Below, piece by piece: positions 1 to 8,547 of a stretch of 32,000 nt of DNA (the stretch's first letter is position 1; every line of letters begins with the position of its first letter). The position numbers were made by a program, and so were the translations under genes. This stretch comes from Candidatus Saccharimonadota bacterium (GTDB lineage Bacteria > Patescibacteriota > Saccharimonadia > Saccharimonadales > UBA4665). A model generated the notes under the pieces. It did not search any database. It had not been told where the DNA came from and was given only the letters and a program-made list of their open reading frames with translations. The DNA lies in contig CP065016.1 of the NCBI GenBank assembly GCA_016700375.1, forward strand, positions 1,170,001-1,202,000, given 5' to 3'.

Positions 1-1
1 T

Positions 2-1480
2 GCCGGTAGCTACGCTTATGCGATTAGCGGTAAAAATTATTATGCTGGTGCACCCTCGGTACGCTGGGCGTCCGGTGTCAACACAATTGGCGTTAAAGTA
101 CTTTTCGATAGCAATGGTACTCCACTATTTACGGTTATGCCTACTTGTGGTAATCCAGTCTGGGGCAGCAAGGTTGTTTCTGGCGCTACTTGCGGAATGC
201 TTAATAAATCGCCTGTATCTGGAAAGGTAAACACATACAATTTTACGGCAACCGCTAATGTCAGCGGCCTCGCTAAGATAACAAAGTATGTGTATGACTT
301 TGGTGATGGAACGCCGATGGTGACCACTACTAGCCCAACACAGATAGTTCCGCATGAATATACAAAGGTCGGCACGTTTACGGCAAAACTTACCGTCTAC
401 GCATCTGCCCCAGGCGGAACAACCATCACAGCGACAGCAAAAACGTGCGAACAGGTCATTCCGGTTGCCCCACCGCCGGCTCCGAAAGTTACCATCACCA
501 AGACAGTAAACAAAACAGAGACACTCAAGACAGATACAGGCAAGAATTTTACCTATGAGCTCAATGTTAAAAATACCGGTAATGTTGTTCTAAATAGTGT
601 TCTAGTTACTGACGAAGCACCAAATGGAGTCAAATTTATCAGTACGAGCCTTGGAACTATTGCGAACAATAAATTGACCTATACCATTCCGAGCCTTGCT
701 CTCAACCAAACAGTAACTATTACGATCACTGCGAAAGCTGTCATATATACGCCTACGTCCATCGTGAACAAGGCCTGTGTTGATGCACCGAGTACCCCTA
801 GTACACCTGACGCCTGTGATACAGCATCTGTTACGGTGAATCCTCCACTCTGCGCAAAGCTCGATGGCCCTAGCCCGAACGGTCTAGCCTATACCTTTAT
901 TGCCACGGGCAGCTTTGGAGAAGGAGTTTCACTAGTGAGCGGAGACTTTGACTTTGGCGACGGCAAGACCCAAAATGGTGTCGCGGCAGCTGGCTCAACC
1001 GTGACTGCTACGCATACCTATGCAGCATCTGGAACCTATAGTGCCGTTGCAACACTTCGTTTTACGTCTGATGGTAAGATGTACACTGCACCTGGCTGCC
1101 GAGCGTCTGTGAAGCCAGAGGCTCCACCAGCCCCCGAATGCAAACCCGGCATCCCCGTTGGCGACATCCGCTGTAACCCTTGTGAGTATGACGCAAGCAT
1201 TCCCAAAGATGACCCTCGCTGTGTTGCCCCTGTTGCAACCCTCCCGAACACGGGTGCCGGTAACATCATTGCCCTTGCTTCAGCGGCACTGGTTGGCGGA
1301 TTCCTCTGGTATAGACACATCCTGTTCCGCAGACACAAACGAGCCTATTTAGCGGCTGACTTTGGTACCTCACCATTACCCCTCGCAGAACCACTCGAAT
1401 CACCAGATCCACTCGCCGCAACGCCACTTGCACCCCAACCCCGTGGACGGTTTAGTATGCGCCGACGGCGTCAGTACTAG
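2..1480 (+). CDS. Cell-surface protein, 5'-truncated by the window edge: PKD-like repeats, a DUF11-type repeat and a C-terminal LPXTG-type sorting signal
   Basis: The frame is open from nt 2, with no stop before the listed Met at 137. PKD-like motifs YDFGDGT and FDFGDGKT. DUF11-like segment TITKTVNK...FTYELNVKNTGNVVLNSVLVTDEAP. LPNTG (1241-1255) is followed by hydrophobic IIALASAALVGGFLWY and basic RRHKR. Confidence 0.8.
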   Translation, partial: AGSYAYAISGKNYYAGAPSVRWASGVNTIGVKVLFDSNGTPLFTVMPTCGNPVWGSKVVSGATCGMLNKSPVSGKVNTYNFTATANVSGLAKITKYVYDFGDGTPMVTTTSPTQIVPHEYTKVGTFTAKLTVYASAPGGTTITATAKTCEQVIPVAPPPAPKVTITKTVNKTETLKTDTGKNFTYELNVKNTGNVVLNSVLVTDEAPNGVKFISTSLGTIANNKLTYTIPSLALNQTVTITITAKAVIYTPTSIVNKACVDAPSTPSTPDACDTASVTVNPPLCAKLDGPSPNGLAYTFIATGSFGEGVSLVSGDFDFGDGKTQNGVAAAGSTVTATHTYAASGTYSAVATLRFTSDGKMYTAPGCRASVKPEAPPAPECKPGIPVGDIRCNPCEYDASIPKDDPRCVAPVATLPNTGAGNIIALASAALVGGFLWYRHILFRRHKRAYLAADFGTSPLPLAEPLESPDPLAATPLAPQPRGRFSMRRRRQY

Positions 1481-1578
1481 AAGCTGAAGAGGGCCTAGCT
1501 TTTTGGTCGAAAGTGTGCTATACTTCGGTAAATACGTTTCAGGGTAGTAATGACTGACCGCTCTAGACTTGTGTGATG

Positions 1579-1604
1579 CCCCGCTCATTTATTGGCGGGG
1601 TTTT
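1579..1604 (+). terminator. Putative rho-independent terminator after the surface-protein gene
   Basis: CCCCGC (1579-1584) pairs with GCGGGG (1595-1600), followed by TTTT (1601-1604). Confidence 0.5.
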
Positions 1605-1691
1605 CATTTCGCCCCTGTTATGCTATACTATTTTCGTTGTATTCGTTTACTGAAGGATACTTTCAATATCCAGCTTAAAACGCAGCAATTT

Positions 1692-1766
1692 GGCCTCATC
1701 TTCTAACGGTTAGGAAATCGGGTTTTCATCCCGGCAATCGGAGTTCGATTCTCCGTGAGGTCACCA
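1692..1766 (+). tRNA. tRNA-Glu (anticodon UUC), CCA encoded
   Basis: A cloverleaf folds by hand. Acceptor GGCCTCA/TGAGGTC, anticodon stem TCGGG/CCCGG with loop TT-TTC-AT, T-arm CGGAG-TTCGATT-CTCCG, discriminator A, then CCA. Confidence 0.9.
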
Positions 1767-1774
1767 AGTAAAAA

Positions 1775-1798
1775 CCTCAGCCAAAGGCTGGGGTTTTT
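1775..1798 (+). terminator. Rho-independent terminator after tRNA-Glu
   Basis: CCTCAGCC (1775-1782), AAA loop, GGCTGGGG (1786-1793, one G-U pair), then TTTTT (1794-1798). Confidence 0.7.
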
Positions 1799-1850
1799 AC
1801 TTGGTTTCTTCAGGCTGAAGCGAACTCCGCAGAATGAGCGAAGCGAATGG

Positions 1851-1937
1851 GGAGTTCGATAATCGAGGACGCGCGCAGGAGCTAAAGCTCCGAGCACGTC
1901 GCAAGAATATAACAGAGTATTCTCCGTGAGGTCACCA
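1851..1937 (+). other. Interrupted duplicate of the tRNA-Glu 3' end (T-arm 5' half, 60-bp insert, then T-arm 3' half, acceptor strand and CCA)
   Basis: GGAGTTCGAT (1851-1860) and TCTCCGTGAGGTCACCA (1921-1937) are identical to tRNA-Glu 1740-1766. They are separated by 60 bp (1861-1920) containing the hairpin GGAGC-TAAA-GCTCC. I found no matching 5' acceptor strand or anticodon arm. Confidence 0.6.
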
Positions 1938-1941
1938 CAAG

Positions 1942-1970
1942 AGACTCATCGGCATTTGATGGGTCTTTTT
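1942..1970 (+). terminator. Rho-independent terminator after the tRNA-3'-end duplicate
   Basis: AGACTCATC (1942-1950), 7-nt loop, GATGGGTCT (1958-1966, one G-U pair), then TTTT. Confidence 0.6.
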
Positions 1971-2036
1971 GATGGTCGCAATGCTAACACGAGTAATTTT
2001 ACTTGGTTCAATAGAGAAACAGAGAGCGGTTTAACT

Positions 2037-3320
<1,284 letters not shown>

Positions 3321-3387
3321 TCACAATGCTTATGTTTGTGCCACTGGGGGGAGGAAATGACCAATATCCAAGCACAAAGACTTAGGG

Positions 3388-3554
3388 AAATCCCAAGTAC
3401 CAAATAACAAATCCCAAACAATATCGAAATTACAAATCCTAAATTCCGAATAAGCAGCATCTACCAGTAAACCGGTGTGTGCTTTTTTCGTTTGGGATTT
3501 AGGGCTATAAATATTGGAATTTGTTTGTCATTTGGAACTTGTAATTTGGAATTT
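3388..3554. repeat. Inverted arrangement of AAATCCC/AAATTCC units (left) and GGGATTT/GGAATTT units (right) in the divergent eno / ldh-gpm intergenic region
   Basis: Left arm: AAATCCC at 3388 and 3409, AAATCCT-AAATTCC at 3434-3447. Right arm: GGGATTT at 3494, GGAATTT at 3516, GGAACTT at 3534, GGAATTT at 3548. Confidence 0.6.
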
Positions 3555-3608
3555 CTCCCCCTTGGGTTCTATATTTTCCATTCCGCTTATGCCATACTAA
3601 AACGCATC

Positions 3609-5267
3609 ATGGCATTAATCTATTTTTACGACGCGTCCGAGCTGGATAAGCGGCAGCTCGAAGCCGGTCTCAAACAAACTGACCACCGCTGGAAATACGT
3701 AGAGGAGGGCATTGCGCCGGACAATCTTGACCCCGAAACAGAGGTTATCTCTGTGTTTGTGAGCTCGGTTGTGACGAGCGAGATTATTGAAAAACTGCCA
3801 AAACTCAAGCTCATTGCGTGTCGCTCGACCGGCTTTAACAACATTGACCTGGCTTCGGCCGAAGCACATGGCGTCACGGTCGTAAACGTACCGACGTATG
3901 GTGAATCTACGGTGGCAGAGTACACATTTACCCTCATGCTGGCGCTGACGCGCAAGCTCGCGCCCAGCCTTGGTTTTTTGAGCAAGCAGGTAGAAGTCGA
4001 GACGCTCATGGGCACCGACCTGCATGAAAAGACACTCGGCGTGGTCGGGACGGGGCACATAGGCCAGCATGTCATCAAAATTGCCAAAGGCTTTGAGATG
4101 CGCGTGGTGGCATTTGACCCGTACGCCAAAGATGAGCTGGCCAAAGAGTATGGGTTTGAATACCTACCGCTTGAGGAGCTGCTGAAAGTGAGCGACATCG
4201 TCACGCTGCACGCGCCGTTTACCCCCGAAAACAAGCACCTCATAAATGTCGAGCGGCTTGAGCTCATGAAGCCAACAGCACTGCTGGTCAACACCGCCCG
4301 TGGCGAGCTGGTTGACACGACCGCTCTAGCCGATGCCCTTATGCACGACCGTCTCGCCGGGGCTGCGCTCGACGTTCTGGAGGGCGAACAGCTCTTCAAA
4401 ATGGAAGAAGAGGTCGGACTGCTCCGCAGTAACCAGTTGCCACAAAGCACCGGCGAGCAGAGCGTGGCACTCATGGCGCTCAACAAACTGCCCAACGTTA
4501 TCATTACCCCACACAATGCCTTTAATACCGAAGAAGCTATCGGCCGCATAAATGCGACAACCTGCCAGAATATCATCCGTTTTTGGTATGACGACGTGCC
4601 GAACAAGGTGAAGCCGCTCAAACCAACCCCAGGCCGACTGCTGCTGACGCGCCACGCCGAAAGCGAATGGAATGCGACTGGCCAATGGACCGGTCTGACC
4701 GATGTTCACCTGAGCGAAAAGGGTTTTCACGAGGCAAGCTTGCTTGGTATAGTGCTAAAAGACCTCGACATACGGCTCGACAAAGCCTATTGCTCAGAAC
4801 AAGTCCGTACCCTTGAGACACTCGAGGGTATGCTCAACGCTTCCCAGCAGTTCAATGTAGCCTACGAACGCCGCCGCGAAATCAACGAACGCGATTACGG
4901 TGAGTACACCGGCAAGAACAAGTGGGATATGAAGGAGCTTGTCGGCGAAGACGAGTTCAACGGCATTCGACGCGGCTGGGACCACCCCGTGCCAGGCGGC
5001 GAAACGCTGAAGACGGTCTATGAACGTGCCGTGCCGTTTTACCAGAACGAAGTCGTACCACAGCTTATGGCGGGCAAAAACGTGCTGGTGGTCGCACACG
5101 GTAACACCCTGCGCTCACTCATGAAATACATAGAAAACATTTCTGACGCAGGTGTTGAAGAACTCGAAATGCCGTTCGGTAATATCATTGCGTACGATAT
5201 CGACCCCGAAGGCCACATGCTCGCCAAAGACGACACCCACATAGACTCGGCACCCCCGAACGCGTAG
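3609..5267 (+). CDS. Fusion protein: D-isomer-specific 2-hydroxyacid (D-lactate-type) dehydrogenase with a 2,3-bisphosphoglycerate-dependent phosphoglycerate mutase (histidine phosphatase) domain
   Basis: One uninterrupted ORF. N-terminal part: GVVGTGHIGQHV NAD-binding fold, LHAPFTPENKHLIN, LVNTARGELVD, ITPHNAF. C-terminal part from about 4632: LLLTRHAESEWN and VVAHGNTLRSL (the two dPGM His motifs). I chose the ATG at 3609 (MALIYFYD...) because the listed GTG at 3477 runs through the intergenic repeat array. Confidence 0.85.
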   Translation: MALIYFYDASELDKRQLEAGLKQTDHRWKYVEEGIAPDNLDPETEVISVFVSSVVTSEIIEKLPKLKLIACRSTGFNNIDLASAEAHGVTVVNVPTYGESTVAEYTFTLMLALTRKLAPSLGFLSKQVEVETLMGTDLHEKTLGVVGTGHIGQHVIKIAKGFEMRVVAFDPYAKDELAKEYGFEYLPLEELLKVSDIVTLHAPFTPENKHLINVERLELMKPTALLVNTARGELVDTTALADALMHDRLAGAALDVLEGEQLFKMEEEVGLLRSNQLPQSTGEQSVALMALNKLPNVIITPHNAFNTEEAIGRINATTCQNIIRFWYDDVPNKVKPLKPTPGRLLLTRHAESEWNATGQWTGLTDVHLSEKGFHEASLLGIVLKDLDIRLDKAYCSEQVRTLETLEGMLNASQQFNVAYERRREINERDYGEYTGKNKWDMKELVGEDEFNGIRRGWDHPVPGGETLKTVYERAVPFYQNEVVPQLMAGKNVLVVAHGNTLRSLMKYIENISDAGVEELEMPFGNIIAYDIDPEGHMLAKDDTHIDSAPPNA

Positions 5268-5312
5268 ACTCTTGAAAAGATCACAAGATTTAACGATTGA
5301 AAAGGGTGAACT

Positions 5313-5924
5313 TTATCGAGTTTGGGTTCTATTTCCAAAGCGATTGGTTACGAGTCGAATGAATTCTTCCGTAGGGAGGGATGCAGCCCATAGCTCAAGC
5401 GGCGGGATCGGTTTATCTGGGCGGTTTGTTTCACGCGCGCACTCGAATACAAACTCTAGGTCATCGAACGCCAGCTCTTCAATCATAACAACCTCGTGGA
5501 GGCGCATACCAAAGCGGCCGGCCATGCGCGCCGCGTCCTGATGGGTTATACCAACAACATAGGGCGGTGCGTTATGTCCAAGTGTCTGTATGAATGCGCA
5601 TACGCTTAAGGCATCTGTTGCTATTCGTCTAATGTCTTCTCTTCCACCCTTGAAGTGAATCCCGATCCATTCTGACGCTTGCAGAGCCCTCGTGTACGGA
5701 TCTTGTATATCGGTATTGACTCCACGATGCTCCATGGGTATCTCTAGCGCGAGGCAACCGAATTCACGGTGTATAGATTCGGTTGTCAGTATTTCGGATT
5801 CGTGCACTTTTCCTATTGGTTTACCGCCATATTCAACGGTTGTACCGTCAGGATATATAACACGAAATACGGGTTCATCCGAAGGCGTAAGGTCTTCTCG
5901 AATATAGGCTAGTGACATTTGCAT
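5313..5924 (-). CDS. Hypothetical protein (203 aa, acidic, no recognised motif)
   Basis: A long ORF convergent with the fusion gene that fills the gap to the ppsA promoter region. I recognise no domain by eye. Confidence 0.55.
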   Translation of the reverse strand: MQMSLAYIREDLTPSDEPVFRVIYPDGTTVEYGGKPIGKVHESEILTTESIHREFGCLALEIPMEHRGVNTDIQDPYTRALQASEWIGIHFKGGREDIRRIATDALSVCAFIQTLGHNAPPYVVGITHQDAARMAGRFGMRLHEVVMIEELAFDDLEFVFECARETNRPDKPIPPLELWAASLPTEEFIRLVTNRFGNRTQTR

Positions 5925-5978
5925 ATCATAACATATTATTATCTATTATAAAATATGTTGACGTGTAGTGTTTGTTAT

Positions 5979-6007
5979 TTGAAATACCTGAGCACAAGCG
6001 GTATAGT
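5979..6007 (+). promoter_or_regulatory. Putative sigma70-type promoter of ppsA
   Basis: TTGAAA (5979-5984), 17-bp spacer, TATAGT (6002-6007), about 57 nt upstream of the ppsA ATG. Confidence 0.35.
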
Positions 6008-6063
6008 AAAAGCATAACAATAAAAAAGTAAAAAATCTTACATAGCGAAAGGTGGGCGACCAA

Positions 6064-8436
6064 ATGTACAAATATCTCAAATTCTTCGAGGAACTATCTA
6101 TCGGTGACATTCCCCAAGTGGGCGGCAAGAACGCAAGCCTGGGCGAAATGTACCATCACCTCCGCCCGCAGGGCGTCAACCTGCCAAATGGTGTTGCTAC
6201 CACGGCCGACGCCTACCGCTATTTCCTTGAACAAGCCGGGCTAAACCAGGGGATTACTGAGGCGCTGCAGGGGCTCGATGTTACGAACGTGCATGACCTT
6301 GCCCGGCGTGGTGCTGCCATACGCGAGATGATTGTGGCCGCAACGCTGCCACAAGATTTTCAAGACGAAATTCTTCGCGCCTACCGAGAGCTGAGCGAAA
6401 AGTGCAACCACCCCAAGGGTGACCTGGTGGTAGCCATTCGCAGTAGTGCCACCGCCGAAGATTTGCCGAACGCTTCTTTCGCTGGGCAGCAAGCAACCTT
6501 CCTGAATATTAAGGGCGAACACCACGTCCTTGAGTCGGTTAAAGAGTGTATAGCCAGTCTATTTACCGACCGCGCCATTGTGTACCGCGTGACCAACGGC
6601 TTTGACCACATGAAAGTGGCTCTTTCTGTTGGCATCCAGCAAATGGTGGCGGTGCGCAGTGAATGTGCGGGCGTTATGTTTACCATAGACACCGAAAGCG
6701 GCTTCAAAAACGCAGTGGTAGTGAGCTCTATATACGGACTGGGCGAAAATATCGTGCAGGGACACGTGAGCCCAGATGAATTTATTGTTTTCAAGCCAAC
6801 TCGCGCTATTTTGAAGAAAAAGCTCGGCACCAAAAAGATGAAAATGGTACCAGTGGCAAACAGCCAGACCAAAAACAACCCCGTGCCCGTTCACGATCAA
6901 GAGCGTTTTTCCATTACCGACGACCAAGTACGTACGCTTGCCGACTGGGGTATCAAAATAGAGGAACACTATGGCCACCCCATGGATATTGAGTGGGCGC
7001 TTGACGAAGATGACAAGCAGCTTTACATTGTTCAGGCTCGCGCCGAAACCGTGCAGTCGCGCCGTGATGTCAATGTTATAGAAGAGTACAAACTAGCCGA
7101 AGAAGGCCGCGTTATCGTTAAAGGTACCAGCGTTGGTAACAAAATAGGCCAGGGCAAAGCCAGCAAGATTATGAGCGTCAAAGACATAGACGACTTCAAA
7201 GAAGGCGATGTACTGGTGACCGAAATGACTGACCCAGACTGGGTACCAATTATGAAAATTGCCAGTGCCATCGTGACAGATAAGGGCGGACGTACCTGTC
7301 ACGCTGCCATTGTGTCGCGTGAGCTTGGCATACCCTGTGTTGTTGGTACGGGCAATGCTTCTGAACTCATTGCCGATGGCCAGAACGTTACCGTGAGTTG
7401 CGGTGGGGGCGGCGACGAAGGCACTGTATACGAAGGAATTCTGAAATACGATATCAACCGCACCGATATACAGAACCTCGAGCGTCCGCACACCAAAATG
7501 ATGATGAATATTGGCTCTCCGGACCAAGCGTTTGCCTACTCGCTTATACCGAACGACGGAGTGGGGCTGGCTCGTGAAGAGTTCATTATAGACAGCCATA
7601 TCAAGATTCACCCGAAGGCACTGCTGTACTTCGACCAAGTAAAAGACAAGGCCGTACGTGCCCAAATCAACGACCTTACCAAGGGCTACACCGACAAAGC
7701 GCAGTACTTTGTAGACAAACTTGCCGAAGGTATTGCTATACTCGGCGCGGCGTTTTACCCGAACCCGGTTATAGTCCGTTTTAGCGACTTTAAGACAAAC
7801 GAATACGCTAATCTAATCGGCGGTACCCAGTTTGAACCGCTCGAAAACAACCCCATGATTGGGTGGCGCGGTGCCAGCCGCTACTACAGCGACGATTACC
7901 GCGAGGCCTTTAAACTAGAGTGCAAAGCGTTCCTAAAAGTGCGCAACGAAATGGGCATAACCAACGTTAAGGCTATGGTACCGTTTTGTCGCAGCCTCGA
8001 AGAAGCCCGCAAAGTGCAAGAAGTTATGGCCGAAACGGGCCTGCGCCGCGGCGAAAACGGCTTTGAGCTGTATGTTATGGTCGAAATCCCGGCCAATGTC
8101 ATTCTGGCGGAACAGTTTGCAGAGCTGTTCGATGGCTTCTCTATAGGCAGTAACGACCTCACCCAGCTGACGCTTGGCGTTGACCGCGACAACCACACCG
8201 TGGCGCATGTGTACGATGAAAACAACGAAGCCGTCAAGGTACTCATACGCGAAGCAGTGCGCGTCGCTAAAGCAAAAGGCGTAAAGATTGGTCTTTGCGG
8301 TCAGGCACCTTCAGACTACCCGCAGTTTGCTCGCTTCCTCGTGGAAACTGGCATAGACAGCATCTCCCTTGCACCCGACACTATCATCAAAACCACCATA
8401 GACCTCAAGAAAACCGAAGAATCCCTCGGCCGATAG
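6064..8436 (+). CDS. ppsA: Phosphoenolpyruvate synthase (pyruvate, water dikinase)
   Basis: About 790 aa. N-terminal ATP-grasp segment (GGKNASLGEM), phospho-His domain TDKGGRTCHAAIVSRELGIPCVVG, and C-terminal PEP-utilising domain (GFSIGSNDLTQLTLGVDRD). I prefer the ATG at 6064 because it is preceded by AAAGGTGG. The listed GTG is at 6052. Confidence 0.95.
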   Translation: MYKYLKFFEELSIGDIPQVGGKNASLGEMYHHLRPQGVNLPNGVATTADAYRYFLEQAGLNQGITEALQGLDVTNVHDLARRGAAIREMIVAATLPQDFQDEILRAYRELSEKCNHPKGDLVVAIRSSATAEDLPNASFAGQQATFLNIKGEHHVLESVKECIASLFTDRAIVYRVTNGFDHMKVALSVGIQQMVAVRSECAGVMFTIDTESGFKNAVVVSSIYGLGENIVQGHVSPDEFIVFKPTRAILKKKLGTKKMKMVPVANSQTKNNPVPVHDQERFSITDDQVRTLADWGIKIEEHYGHPMDIEWALDEDDKQLYIVQARAETVQSRRDVNVIEEYKLAEEGRVIVKGTSVGNKIGQGKASKIMSVKDIDDFKEGDVLVTEMTDPDWVPIMKIASAIVTDKGGRTCHAAIVSRELGIPCVVGTGNASELIADGQNVTVSCGGGGDEGTVYEGILKYDINRTDIQNLERPHTKMMMNIGSPDQAFAYSLIPNDGVGLAREEFIIDSHIKIHPKALLYFDQVKDKAVRAQINDLTKGYTDKAQYFVDKLAEGIAILGAAFYPNPVIVRFSDFKTNEYANLIGGTQFEPLENNPMIGWRGASRYYSDDYREAFKLECKAFLKVRNEMGITNVKAMVPFCRSLEEARKVQEVMAETGLRRGENGFELYVMVEIPANVILAEQFAELFDGFSIGSNDLTQLTLGVDRDNHTVAHVYDENNEAVKVLIREAVRVAKAKGVKIGLCGQAPSDYPQFARFLVETGIDSISLAPDTIIKTTIDLKKTEESLGR

Positions 8437-8547
8437 ATAGAGTTAAGCGTAGGTATTTTTGCCAGAAACAAAAGTCTAGGTTTATACGTCTATGTGCAGG
8501 GATACATATTTGGCGTAGTAAGCATAAGCCTGTAAACTAATATCTAT

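Noticed and set aside
1800-1937. A possible second, intron-containing tRNA downstream of tRNA-Glu.
   Set aside because: Only the T-arm and 3' acceptor half are present. I could find no complementary 5' acceptor strand, D-arm or anticodon arm. I report it instead as an interrupted partial duplicate.
3477-3608. An upstream GTG start would extend the ldh::gpm ORF by 44 codons.
   Set aside because: The extension would translate the GGAATTT repeat array (MCFFRLGFRAINIGICLSFGTCNLEF...). The dehydrogenase homology begins at MALIYFYD (ATG at 3609).
3626-4621. A 331-aa minus-strand ORF lies opposite the dehydrogenase domain.
   Set aside because: The translation is Ser-rich, repetitive and antisense to a well-supported dehydrogenase. 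It is a shadow ORF.
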